Origin: an uncultured Acidobacteriota bacterium
Lineage (GTDB): Bacteria; Acidobacteriota; Terriglobia; Acidiferrales; UBA7541
Assembly (NCBI GenBank): GCA_963828935.1
Contig: CAWHGP010000005.1
Coordinates: 359,100-423,099, forward strand
DNA length: 64,000 nucleotides
Direction of reading: 5' to 3'
Under the pieces are notes generated by a model. That model saw only the letters and a list, made by a program, of their open reading frames with translations, was not told where the DNA came from and ran no database searches. Shown here in pieces: positions 21,167 through 30,981 of this stretch. The stretch's first letter is position 1. Each line of letters opens with the position of its first letter. The translations under genes were made by a program, and so were the position numbers.

Positions 21167-24100
21167 CTAGAACAAGAACTTCAAAGCAAACTGTATTACC
21201 CGTGGATTCACGGAAGTGGCATTGATCGATCCGAAAAGGTTTCCGCCGTGGTTTGTCCCGCCGTTTGTCGCGGTCATTTGCCGATCGGTCGGATCGCTGT
21301 CAGCCAGAAATGAAGCAAACTGCGGGTGGTTGAAGGCATTAAAGAACTCGGCTCGAAACTGGAGGTTCTTCATTTCGCGAATCTTGATTATTTTCTCGAA
21401 GGCCATGTCCCAGTTATTCTGGCCCGGGCCCAGAATCGCACCTTCCGCCATCGTGCCAAAACCCGTTCCATTTCCGATTGTTGGCGCCGGACAAAAAGCT
21501 GCAGAGTTCAGCCAGCCGTCCCCGGTTAACCCATTTGTTATCCGCTGAATGGTGCTGCCCGTTGTAACTGCAGTCTTAGCCGTAAACCCCGGGCACAGAG
21601 TAGCGTTGCCGCCCTTGGCCCCGAATATGGACCCGGCCGTACTGTCGCTCAAATCGAGTGGTTGGCCGTCCTGAAGGATCACCACACCCGACCAGTCCCA
21701 ACCCTCCGTCACCTTTCCTAGAAAACCCTTCTCATGGCCCAGAGGCAGTTGCCAAACGTAGTTCACCACCAGACGCTGCGGGCGGACGAAGTATTCTGGC
21801 GCATAAGACTGCACGAGGTAGGGGTAAACGTTGATGCCCTGAGGATACTGCTCGAGGCCTTTGGCCCAGGTGTAGCCTGCCTGCAACTGCAGCCCCTTAG
21901 AAAGCTGCTTCCGCAATGTCACTTGGAGGCTGTTGTATTTGTAATTGCTATTCGTTTGGTCGTACGTAGCCGTGGGGCTTACTCCTAAGTACGGAACGCG
22001 GAGGATCGCGTTTTGGGTCGTATTCTTGCCACCAAGAGCAGTGGCGATGGCAGGGATCGAGCAACTTACGCACGGCGCACCAACTCCGACCAGCTGTGCG
22101 TAATTGAAGGGGTTTCCAGTCGGTGATCCGTCCGCACCTATTGCAGTGTTCGCTGCGCCTGGAGAGGCCTGATGTATGCCCTTCGACCCCACGTAACCGA
22201 CTTCCAATACCCAGCTGGGCCGAAACTCATACTGAACGTTCAGATTCCATTGGTAGGTCAGCGGGACCGTCATGTTGGGATCGAACATCGTAGTGGCGGT
22301 GCTCGAACTGCAAGGAGGTCCGGGACAGAACGCCGCAGGATTCGTCGAAACAGTCGATATATCCACCCAGCGAGGAACAAATCCGAAATTGCCGTTACCG
22401 GCCGAAACCAGCCCAGGGCTAATAGCATACGGATCGTACAGACTCGCAATCGGCGAATTGCTGGTGGGGACTCCGTGGGCCGGATTCGAGAGATCGAACC
22501 GGGCGATATCGTGGCCGCCCAACACGTTATAGAAGTACCCGGCACCGGCGCGCAGGACCAAGTGGTTGCTGGACGTCGGTTGCCAGGCAAACCCGATTCG
22601 GGGGGCAAAATTGTCCCAGGGGGCGCCTTTTTCCTCGGCGTAGGGCAGGGGGCTTTGATACACCCCCGTCGGAACGAGGCCGGTGTACGTGCTGGGCACC
22701 ATAATCCCCGCAAGACTCTCCCCCACTCCGCCTGGAACCGTGACGAAGGGGGGCGGCGCTGCGTTCGCCAAACTCGGCCAGAAGTTACTCAGATTCCCGT
22801 TATTCTCGGTGGGGTATTGGTCCAACTCCCACCGCAGTCCCAAATTCAGGGTGAACCGCGGGGTCACCTTAATATCGTCCTGAAGAAAAATGCTTAGCTG
22901 AAAGACACGGATATTCGTTTCGATAAGGCCGTTCGCGGCCGACGAACCTCCTGCCCCCGTAACGTTAGCCTTACCGCTCGTGGAGCCGTTGCATCCAGCG
23001 GGATTCACCGCGGATGGAGTCGTTACGATGGGAAGCCCCGTGACGGGGTCCGAGCCGCAAGCCGACCGACCGATCAGGAAGTCAGCAAACGTTGGGAATG
23101 ACGGCGTTCCCAACGATGAGCTCTGGTTTAGGAAACCATTCTGCACACGATCGTCTTCGACGCCTGCCCGGAACGTGTGCTTGCCGCGGGTCCAGGAAAA
23201 CTGGTCGGCGATCACAAATTGATTCTCACGAACGTTGGTGCTGCCGTAACCGTGATGGTATCCGAACGACATATTTCCGTTGCCGTTACCCGAAATGGTA
23301 AATAGTGGCAAATCGGAGACCGTAGCTGCAGGGGTGAATGGCGAGACGAAGGGCTGGAGACCCACTTGCTGGTCGGTGAAGAGAATGTCCTGGCTGGCGA
23401 TCGCTTGATCTCGCTGGTACCCGGCGCGGAATTCATTCACCGCGTTATTGGACACCGTCGTAGTAAGTTTCGCGACAGTGCTTTGGTTTACTTTACTTTC
23501 GGTAAAAGGGGTACCTGGCAAAAAGTCGCCCGCCTCCTGGGAATTCGTCGCTTCGAAATTGCCAGTCAGCGGGTTCGATTCGTACATGTACCGGCCGGAG
23601 AAGGTGTTCTTGCTGTTAATCACATAATCAACGTTACCGATGCCCTGATGATCCTTTGAGAGCGCCGGATCCACGAAGTTCTGACTCACAAAAGATGAGG
23701 TGCCCGATCCGGGAACCAAATAGCTGCCATTGGGCAGCGCGAGCTGTAGCACATTGATCGCTATGGGATTAAGGCCAAACAAGCCCGACGGATCGCCGTG
23801 GCCCGCCGATGGACATGTGATCACTTGGAGCCCGTTCTTTGGCGCGTGGGTGCACATGTTCTGCGCCAGTGATGTCACGAAAGCTGCACCGGCTGCATTG
23901 CATGACGCAATCGTGTACCACGGTACCGGCCCGCACGTACCACGGCTGCCAGAGGCATTCTGGGTAATCGGAGGTAAAACGGTGCCTTGTGTTTTGCTGA
24001 ACGCGGCGTACCCATTGGTCTGATCATTTTCCTCATAGGATGTGAAAAAGAAAAGTTTATCCTTCTTCACCGGGCCGCCGAGCGTCCCGCCATATATATT

Positions 24101-25042
24101 TGAATTTAGCGTCGGCCTCGCCACGCCTTCCTGGTTCAGGAAAAAGTCGTTAGCATTGAGAGCAGTATTTCGGAAGAACTCATACACGTCACCGTGGAAG
24201 TTATTGGTGCCGGACTTAGTCACCACGTTCACGTTGGCGCCAGGATTCCGACCGTATCCGGCATCGTAGCTTGAGGTTTGGATCTTGAATTCGGCAATCG
24301 AGTCTGGATTGGGCATCGCAAACGAGCCAAACTGCTGTCCCTCCGACACACCGCCCACAGAATCATAATTATTGACGGTCACCCCGTCCTGGGAATAGGT
24401 GTTCTGGCCTGTGGTGGCCCCATTGACGGCCATGTTCGTTGCGCCCTTGCCAAGCGTGGTGGCGTTGCTGACGTTACCAGAGACACCCGTAGAGAAAGCC
24501 AAGAGGTTCGTGTAGTTCCGGGTGTTCAGGGGGATTTCCGTCACGGTTCGCGCGGTAGCTACCGAGCCCAGGGCCGAACTGGTAGTCTGAAGTGTCTCAA
24601 CTTCACCTTGCACCGTGACCGACTGCGTTTGCGTACCCACCTGTAGCGCAACATCTAATACCGCCGTCTCCGTCACGCTGACCGTTGCGGATGGAATCTC
24701 AACCGTGCCGAATCCAGCTGCCTCAGCTTTCACCTGGTAGTTGCCCGGCGGCAGCAAACTAAACTTGTATGCGCCGTCCGCCCCTGTCATCGTGGTTCGC
24801 ATTTGGCCGGTGTCCACACTAATGGCGGTAACAGTTGCATTCGGAATTACGGCACCTGACGAGTCCTTAACCGTGCCTGCCAATGCCCCCGTCGACGCCG
24901 ACTGGGACAGCAGAGACGGCACCCACAGAACCGATACGAGAAAAACAACAAGCCAGCTGTTTTTCGACCTCATCGCGCACACCTCGCACCAAAGTTGAAC
25001 CGCCGCCCCAAGGTCGTGGAGACCCGTCACAAACCCCGACAA
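21167..25042 (-). CDS. TonB-dependent receptor with an N-terminal carboxypeptidase-regulatory-like domain (TBDR1)
   Basis: Signal peptide, then STGALAGTVKDSSGAVIPNATVTAISVDTGQ...GAYKFSLLPPGNYQVKAEAAGF. Plug-like region (LNTRNYTNLL, AVNGATTGQNTY). Long barrel ending NPRVIQFALKFLF. The likely true start is the ATG at 24973 (MRSKNSWLVV...). Confidence 0.9.
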   Translation of the reverse strand: MSGFVTGLHDLGAAVQLWCEVCAMRSKNSWLVVFLVSVLWVPSLLSQSASTGALAGTVKDSSGAVIPNATVTAISVDTGQMRTTMTGADGAYKFSLLPPGNYQVKAEAAGFGTVEIPSATVSVTETAVLDVALQVGTQTQSVTVQGEVETLQTTSSALGSVATARTVTEIPLNTRNYTNLLAFSTGVSGNVSNATTLGKGATNMAVNGATTGQNTYSQDGVTVNNYDSVGGVSEGQQFGSFAMPNPDSIAEFKIQTSSYDAGYGRNPGANVNVVTKSGTNNFHGDVYEFFRNTALNANDFFLNQEGVARPTLNSNIYGGTLGGPVKKDKLFFFTSYEENDQTNGYAAFSKTQGTVLPPITQNASGSRGTCGPVPWYTIASCNAAGAAFVTSLAQNMCTHAPKNGLQVITCPSAGHGDPSGLFGLNPIAINVLQLALPNGSYLVPGSGTSSFVSQNFVDPALSKDHQGIGNVDYVINSKNTFSGRYMYESNPLTGNFEATNSQEAGDFLPGTPFTESKVNQSTVAKLTTTVSNNAVNEFRAGYQRDQAIASQDILFTDQQVGLQPFVSPFTPAATVSDLPLFTISGNGNGNMSFGYHHGYGSTNVRENQFVIADQFSWTRGKHTFRAGVEDDRVQNGFLNQSSSLGTPSFPTFADFLIGRSACGSDPVTGLPIVTTPSAVNPAGCNGSTSGKANVTGAGGSSAANGLIETNIRVFQLSIFLQDDIKVTPRFTLNLGLRWELDQYPTENNGNLSNFWPSLANAAPPPFVTVPGGVGESLAGIMVPSTYTGLVPTGVYQSPLPYAEEKGAPWDNFAPRIGFAWQPTSSNHLVLRAGAGYFYNVLGGHDIARFDLSNPAHGVPTSNSPIASLYDPYAISPGLVSAGNGNFGFVPRWVDISTVSTNPAAFCPGPPCSSSTATTMFDPNMTVPLTYQWNLNVQYEFRPSWVLEVGYVGSKGIHQASPGAANTAIGADGSPTGNPFNYAQLVGVGAPCVSCSIPAIATALGGKNTTQNAILRVPYLGVSPTATYDQTNSNYKYNSLQVTLRKQLSKGLQLQAGYTWAKGLEQYPQGINVYPYLVQSYAPEYFVRPQRLVVNYVWQLPLGHEKGFLGKVTEGWDWSGVVILQDGQPLDLSDSTAGSIFGAKGGNATLCPGFTAKTAVTTGSTIQRITNGLTGDGWLNSAAFCPAPTIGNGTGFGTMAEGAILGPGQNNWDMAFEKIIKIREMKNLQFRAEFFNAFNHPQFASFLADSDPTDRQMTATNGGTNHGGNLFGSINATSVNPRVIQFALKFLF

Positions 25043-25053
25043 CTGGCACGCTA

Positions 25054-25084
25054 GTTATATTAAAGAGCCCCGTTCTGTCAAGCT
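25054..25084 (-). promoter_or_regulatory. Putative sigma70-type promoter of TBDR1
   Basis: The minus strand reads AGCTTGACAGA-N-TATAAC (TTGACA at 25076-25081, 16-nt spacer, TATAAC at 25054-25059). The 11-mer AGCTTGACAGA recurs upstream of TBDR2. Confidence 0.4.
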
Positions 25085-25104
25085 AAAATTTGACGCCGAG
25101 GAGA

Positions 25105-25293
25105 GTGGCGTGGGCGACTTTCACTTTGAGACCCGCCTGACATGGTCAACCGTGGCTGGAGCAGACAGTCGTTCACGCCTGGTGACGAAGTCACTGTTAC
25201 TATGCCAAGAACGGCCAACCGATCGGTCGTGTCCGGCAGGTCATGCTCGCCGATGGCCGGGTTCTGAGCACCACAGGACCGGCGCCGCAGTAA
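25105..25293 (+). pseudogene. C-terminal fragment of a B-type (DUF6152-like) gene, frameshifted
   Basis: Across frames: VAWATFTLE..RPDMVNRGWSRQSFTPGDEVTVTMPKNGQPIGRVRQVMLADGRVLSTTGPAPQ*, parallel to THWVVEAWNPVTQSSRGWTKNTFKPGDEVSAEIAPAKNKQPVGEVRGRIMINGQEF. Confidence 0.55.
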
Positions 25294-25424
25294 TTGAAAG
25301 GCGACGCCCAATCTCGCATCGTTGCGTTGGTGTGGGTGTGTGTTGATATCCATCGCCCAATTTTCCATTCGAGTTCCGCAGTTGAATGGACAGACATACT
25401 CCAAGTGTGAAAGGAGCTTTAGTG

Positions 25425-25920
25425 ATGTTAAAAGATATGGCCTGGACGGTTGCGCTGATTGCGGTGATTGCTGCTTGCAGTGTTAATGTGCTCGCCTCTT
25501 GTAGTCGCCCAAACTGATGGCTGGGACCGATCCGTACCGGCGCCAGCGAAGAATCAGAAGGCACCTCCTGCTCCAGCCAGGACATTTCTGGGACTTGGGA
25601 CCCAGGTAATCGCGGAATCCAGGCAATGGGCACGGGGGCAATGCCCGAAGATGGTAAGCCGGAACATGAGTTGCCCTATACTCCTGCTGGGTTGGCAAAG
25701 TTGAACACCACTAAGCCGACCAATGGGTCGAGGAACTCAGCGTAAAGATCGATGATCCTAAAATGTATACGAAGCCCTGGATGGCCCTTGACAGGTTACA
25801 GTTCATTTTGAGACCGGCCGATTTCGATGTTAGGGAAATGATGTGTTCACCCTCCGAGCTCGCGGAATATAACAAAGAGATTGGCGACACCGAGTTACCC
25901 TCTAACGGCAAAGCCAGTAA
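25425..25920 (+). pseudogene. A-type gene remnant: frameshifted N-terminus, core deleted, C-terminus retained
   Basis: AAGGAG box plus ATG at 25425. Pieces: LLAVLMCSPLVVAQ, ..DISGTWDPG.., HELPYTPAGLAKLNTTKP, then directly DDPKMYTKPWMALDRLQFILRPADFDVREMMCSPSELAEYNKEIG. Confidence 0.6.
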
Positions 25921-26371
25921 ATAGCTCGCGTATAGGGATGTGCGTACTTTCTCATAGATCTCCACACGATGGTGTTCCTACACGACGGCCCTCCAGCCGG
26001 CCGGGGCCATCACGCGCGTCTTGATAAATAGAGTCATATAGTTCAGGGCGAGCAGCTGTCAGGGCCTGCTCCGGATGCAAATTGGTTGTGTCCATGTCGA
26101 GAGCAACGTACCATGCACGAGCCAAATGTCCCAGTCGGAAATTCCTGCTAGATCCGAAATCCCAGTAGCTTGATCGTTTCGGAGGTCACGTCGTCCCGTG
26201 CAGCGCTTCTTGAACAGCTGCTCGGGCTCTATTCCATCGTGGTCTCGTTATCTATGTTTGCGCACCCTGAGGGTCGCATGGGAGTGGCCTGGCCGGCGAT
26301 TTACGAGCTACCTCCGACCGCGCTCGCTCGATCAGGTTGTCCCGGCCAGGCGTTCCGTTTCCAGGGGTGGC

Positions 26372-27451
26372 CTACTTGCCGACCATCAGAAGTACAAATG
26401 AGCCCGGCAGCATGGGGCCACGGGGCGGGCCCGCTGGTCGTGCCGGTGCCCCAGGCGGAGCCGGAGCGAACTCAGCCGACATCAGCAAGATGTGGTTCGT
26501 CTTCCGGTCAATCGTCAGCGTCTTGGCAACGGGCATGGTCGTCAGGTTCTGTTCTACCACGAAGCTGGTGGGGCTGTTTTCCTTAATCACCGTCAGCGTA
26601 CCATCGCTCTGCGAGCTGAATGCTTCCATCGTAGACGGGTTGAATACGGCGCCATCCGTGCCAGCACCAATCGGCACGGTGGTGATGATCTTGCCGTCGT
26701 TGGCATTGAGAATCACCATCGTTTGGGGGTTGCGGCAGGCGACGAAGAGAACTTGGCTCTTCGCATCGAGTGCCAGCCCGGCGCACGTGCCACCTTTGCC
26801 GGCGAGATCGTACGTGGCAGTTACCCTGAGGGTCTGGGCATCCACAGCCGCGACGCTGCCCTTGTCCTCCAGATCGATATACAAATGACCGTTGCCGTCG
26901 CTCACCGCCTGCTCCGGTTGTCCTCCCAAGTCAATCGTTCCAACTACGGTACCTTCCTTCGCGTCGATCACCGTGGCATACGGCGGCGTGTGGCTCAGCA
27001 CCCACACACGCTCATTGTATGGATCAAACATGATCCCGTCGGGACGGCCGTCGACGTCAATCGTCTTGATTACTTTCAGGGTCATCGCGTCCCACATGGT
27101 GATTGGCTTCGTTGTGGAGAACCCGTGGTGCGATTTGGGATCAACCATGGCGCCGCCGGCGCTAACGTTGTCGATCTCGCCTACGGGTTCGAGCGTATCC
27201 AAGTTGAAAACAGCCAAATGCCCCATCGGACCATTGCGGGGAGTGTACAAACGGCGCCCTTCGGTGTCTGCGAAGATATAGTCAAAACCGCCGTCGCCGC
27301 CAACTTTGGCTGTTCTCAGCACTTTATACGGGCTTGTAGTTGAGGTCTGTTGGGCCCATCCCATCGACACCAACATTGCAGCTCCCGCTGCAACTGTGAG
27401 GCCTCGGTAAAATGGTCGCACGAAACTCCTCCTTGAACCTAGAATGTCCAT
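26372..27451 (-). CDS. Exported YncE/YVTN-like seven-bladed beta-propeller protein
   Basis: Tat/Sec-like leader (SRRSFV...[14 protein letters not shown]). Repeated blade motifs are present ([66 protein letters not shown]). Confidence 0.7.
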   Translation of the reverse strand: MDILGSRRSFVRPFYRGLTVAAGAAMLVSMGWAQQTSTTSPYKVLRTAKVGGDGGFDYIFADTEGRRLYTPRNGPMGHLAVFNLDTLEPVGEIDNVSAGGAMVDPKSHHGFSTTKPITMWDAMTLKVIKTIDVDGRPDGIMFDPYNERVWVLSHTPPYATVIDAKEGTVVGTIDLGGQPEQAVSDGNGHLYIDLEDKGSVAAVDAQTLRVTATYDLAGKGGTCAGLALDAKSQVLFVACRNPQTMVILNANDGKIITTVPIGAGTDGAVFNPSTMEAFSSQSDGTLTVIKENSPTSFVVEQNLTTMPVAKTLTIDRKTNHILLMSAEFAPAPPGAPARPAGPPRGPMLPGSFVLLMVGK

Positions 27452-27584
27452 TTTGGCTTGCAGCCGGACGGATTATACTCGGAATCTCCATCAGCCTGCA
27501 CGGCGGATTGACATATTAATCTCAGCATTACCGAAATACCTGAAGGTCATTCAGTCAATCAGCGCTAAATTCGCTTCATCCGCT

Positions 27585-27885
27585 CCCCGGTTCCTACGAA
27601 ATCATCGGCGCGATTGTGCGGGCGGCATGGGGGAGGTATACCAGGCGCACGACACTAAGCTCGGGCGCGACGTAGCCATCAAGGTCCTGCCGGCAGCGTT
27701 TGCTCACGATCCCCAGCGGCTTTCGCCGTTTCCAGCGCGAAGCGAAGATACTGGCGGCGCTCAATCATCTCAACATCGCGACGATTTATGGGCTGGAGCA
27801 GTCAAGCGGCACGAGCTATCTGGTGATGGCGTTGGTGTCGGGCGAAACACTGGCACAGCGGGTTAGCGAGAAAACGCGGTTCCCG
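27585..27885 (+). pseudogene. Ser/Thr protein kinase N-lobe fragment, frameshifted and truncated
   Basis: Across frames: GSYEIIGAI.. [34 protein letters not shown] / [45 protein letters not shown]. No catalytic loop follows. Confidence 0.6.
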
Positions 27886-27930
27886 TTGACGTTCGGCCGA
27901 GAGATTTCTTCGCCAACAGGAAGCTACCAC

Positions 27931-28200
27931 TCAAGAATTGCTTCGCCGAATTACGGCTTGGGATCGTGTAAAGAACAAGGAGTTATGGGCGATATCAGGC
28001 AAGTCTTTCAAGTCCCAAGCGCCCCGCATGATTCCCGTTTCCGAATGCGATGGCAGAGTCAATAGGAGATGGCCAATTTCATGCGCGATCATTTCGCCCA
28101 AAATTTGCTCAGCACTGGCGCGCAGGGAGATATCTCCTGGCTTGTGCTTGCAATTGTCGCTGTGAAAGGTCCCTTCGCTGTCATAGAAGACGTATACCAA
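27931..28200 (-). pseudogene. Fragment of a zinc-metallopeptidase-like protein (HExxH)
   Basis: IAHEIGHLLLTLPSHSETGIMRG contains HEIGH plus a downstream His. The open frame has no ATG and only about 100 codons. Confidence 0.3.
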
Positions 28201-28269
28201 TCGTCGGTCGGGACCGCTGACCGGGTCGAGATTTTAGTCCAGGAGAACTGAGAGAGCTTTATATCACAG

Positions 28270-28873
28270 TCATTTGGCTGCGAAATTCAGTTTGGTGGAA
28301 CCAGGTGGCTATAGGCCGCCGGCGCCGGCCTCCTATAGCCGAGCGCCCAGTGCGGTCTCCTGGTGTTGTATTCCACCCGCCACTTTTCGATCACAATCTG
28401 CGCCTCCTTTAGCGAGTAAGAGATCTCCCCGTTCAGGCACTCATCCCGCAGCTTTCCATTAAAGCTCTCGCAGTAGCCATTCTCCCAGGGACTGCCCGGG
28501 TCGATGTACGGCGTGCCCGTTCCGATCTTCCCCAGCCACTTCCGCAGTTCTTTGGCCACAAACTCCGGGCCGTTGTCAGACCGAATGTGCTTCGGGATCC
28601 CTCGCCATACCATCACATCTGCCAACGTCTCGATTACTTCATAGCTCCCCAACCGCCTGGCCACTCGAATCGCCAGGCATTCCCGTGTGTATACCTCGAT
28701 TAGCACCAGCAAGCGCAGCGTACGCCCGTCGTGCGTTTTCGCGCCCACGAAATCATAGGCCCAAACGTGGTTAGCCCGCTCTGGCCGCAGCCACACGCAT
28801 GATCCATCGTTGAACCCTAGCCGCCCTCTTGGCTTCTCCTTCTGCGGTTACCTTCAGCCCCTCCCGCCGCCAG
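28270..28873 (-). mobile_element. Second IS3-family element, copy C, 3-prime part (orfB C-terminal two-thirds) in minus orientation
   Basis: ORF 28287..28796 (RPERANHVWAYDF...SDNGPEFVAKELRKWLGKIGTGTPYIDPGSPWENGYCESFNGKLRDECLNGEISYSLKEAQIVIEKWRVEYNTRRPH). Upstream, IWRREGLKV lies in a shifted frame. Confidence 0.8.
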
Positions 28874-28879
28874 ATGTAA

Positions 28880-29275
28880 GTAAGCGGAGATCACCCAGCA
28901 GACTTACTACCGCTGGAGAAAAGAATTCGGCGGCCTAAAGCTGGATCAAGCGAAACGGATGAAGGAACTAGAACGGGAGAACGCGAAGCTGAAGCGTTTA
29001 GTAGCAGAGCTGTCTTTGGAGAAGCAGATCCTGAAGGATGCGGCATCGGGAAACTTCTAAGCCCTGAGCGGCGGCGTTGTGCGGTGGAGCATGCGCGCGA
29101 AAAGTACCAAGTGAGCGAGCGGCATGCCTGTCGGCTGCTGGGGCAGTGGCGAAGGACACAACGCTATGCTGCGATCCAAAGGAGCGACGAGGATGCCTTG
29201 ACCGACGCGATTATTGCACTGGCCAGTGAATACGGTCGCTACGGCTACCGGGGGATCACTGTGGAGTTGCGCGCG
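28880..29275 (+). mobile_element. Second IS3-family element, copy C, internal 5-prime part (end of orfA, start of orfB) in plus orientation
   Basis: ITQQTYYRWRKEFGGLKLDQAKRMKELERENAKLKRLVAELSLEKQILKDAASGNF*, then MEHAREKYQVSERHACRLLGQWRRTQRY...YGRYGYRGITVELR. It lacks the left end and lies head-to-head with 28270..28873. Confidence 0.8.
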
Positions 29276-29351
29276 CGACCTATCGAGTGTCGGAGCGGCA
29301 TGCCTAACGGCCGCTGGGCAGTGGAGAGGGGAAGCAAATCAGAGCGCTAAC

Positions 29352-30218
29352 TTATTTGGCCGCTTCGTCTCCCGTACCCGCCGGTACGGCCAGTGTATCC
29401 CGATACTCGATGGCTTGCGATGGGACGCAGAAAACCTCCTGGAAATCTTGCGCCTTCATCCAGTAGTAATTCGCTTTCAAGAATACCCACGGCTTGGTGT
29501 AGAACTTCGGATCGTCCAGCGTGGCCGTCAACTGTATGGTGTATTGGTCCACGCGCGTGTAGCGCTCCTCGATGTGCGCGGTCTTGCTCTTCACGTGCCC
29601 GGCCTCGTCCAGCCAGGATCCCTCGTCCAGTCCCGTCGTTTCGATGACGAACGTGTAGTCCCCATCCCAGTGCCCTATCGAATATCCGTAAAATCTCGAA
29701 TCAGGGTACCCTTTGGCGTCGATGTTTTTGGGCAGTTCGCGCCCATCCATCCACACTTCCCGCCACACACGCTGGTGCTGCTTCAGAATGATCATCCGGT
29801 CCGCCACTGGCTCAAACCACATTCCTCCCCGGCTCTCGATCGCGTGATTAAACAGATCCCTCGGAAAACCGAGCGGATCACACGTCGCGAAGGGGTCATT
29901 GGTGGCCGCCAGACGCACCACAGACTCAGGCTTATTGAGCTTGAACCGCGCCTCGCCCGCGGGCGTCATCGGGGGCATCGGATCTCGCGTAGTCTTTATT
30001 GGTCCCGCCCAAGCGCCCGTTATATCCCGCTTGGGAGCAGGCCCGGGCGGGTTCGGCATCTTAGGAATTCCCGCGCCGACATACTCGTCGGCCTGCTGCA
30101 CGAAGCCTGTCGGGAACTGCTTCTTTGGCTGTTGCGGCTGTGTTTGCGCCACAACAGTCGATGAAAGCGCTACTACCGCAAAGAAAGCAGCGATTGTTTC
30201 AGCGACTCGATTTCGCAT
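29352..30218 (-). CDS. A-type exported protein (A1), uncharacterised family
   Basis: ATG at 30218 preceded by GGAGAAGGAAG. Signal peptide MRNRVAETIAAFFAVVALSSTVVAQ. Motifs: PAPKRDITGAW, CDPLGFPR, WMDGRELP, GYSIGHWDGDYTFVIETTG, EERYTRVD, DDPKFYTKPW, FCVPSQ. Confidence 0.8.
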   Translation of the reverse strand: MRNRVAETIAAFFAVVALSSTVVAQTQPQQPKKQFPTGFVQQADEYVGAGIPKMPNPPGPAPKRDITGAWAGPIKTTRDPMPPMTPAGEARFKLNKPESVVRLAATNDPFATCDPLGFPRDLFNHAIESRGGMWFEPVADRMIILKQHQRVWREVWMDGRELPKNIDAKGYPDSRFYGYSIGHWDGDYTFVIETTGLDEGSWLDEAGHVKSKTAHIEERYTRVDQYTIQLTATLDDPKFYTKPWVFLKANYYWMKAQDFQEVFCVPSQAIEYRDTLAVPAGTGDEAAK

Positions 30219-30344
30219 CTTCCTTCTCCTCTCCACCTAACACGGACCATTTGCCCAAGTCACACCTCCGAAAAGATCGGAGCCAAAATGCCTGCTCGTC
30301 TCTCCTCTCTGCGCTTCGGCTATCGCGTCTCGGCGACAGTTCCG

Positions 30345-30791
30345 CTATTTGGCGTTATAGCCGCTCGAATCCTTATCGGGTTTGTATGGGGCCTTCACAC
30401 CGTTTGCACCAAGCACAGTATCATGTAGCTCGGTCCCATCGGACAGCACGATCTTATTGAGGCGGCCGACCGGATTACCCGTTTTGCTGGGCCACACGTA
30501 GGCGTCAATCACGTCCCCAGGCGCCAAGGAACTCTTGCTCCAACCGATCAGCCCAACGTTCGTGGACGGGCCGGTTTCAACAACCCAATGCTTGACGGTC
30601 CCTTTGTCGTCCTTCGCATCCATATTAATCAGGCAATGAGGACTGGCCCATAAGAACTTCGTCACGGTTGCTTGCTTGAGCTCAACGAACTTGTCAGAGT
30701 AAGCCGCGCTTCCATGATGTGCCAGCGCGGAGCCACAAACACCGAGAAATCCGACACACAGCACGAACCGCACGAGCAACATGCTCTTCAT
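30345..30791 (-). CDS. B-type small exported protein (B1), DUF6152-like
   Basis: GAGGAGG box 6 nt before the ATG. Signal peptide ending SALA followed by HHGSAAY. Also WASPH, HWVVE, APGD. Confidence 0.8.
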   Translation of the reverse strand: MKSMLLVRFVLCVGFLGVCGSALAHHGSAAYSDKFVELKQATVTKFLWASPHCLINMDAKDDKGTVKHWVVETGPSTNVGLIGWSKSSLAPGDVIDAYVWPSKTGNPVGRLNKIVLSDGTELHDTVLGANGVKAPYKPDKDSSGYNAK

Positions 30792-30981
30792 TCGCTACCT
30801 CCTCGAAAAAGAATCTTCGCGATTGGTATTATCATACACTCATCCTCGTCCGCAAGTCAGACCGATATTCCTCACCTTCAACCTGATTGGCGCCTGGGTT
30901 CTGAATTTCGCTGGACCCTCCGAAGGCCAGATCGAATCTTGTATAGTATTGGGTGAGGGGGACGCAAATCAGAGTGCTAAC

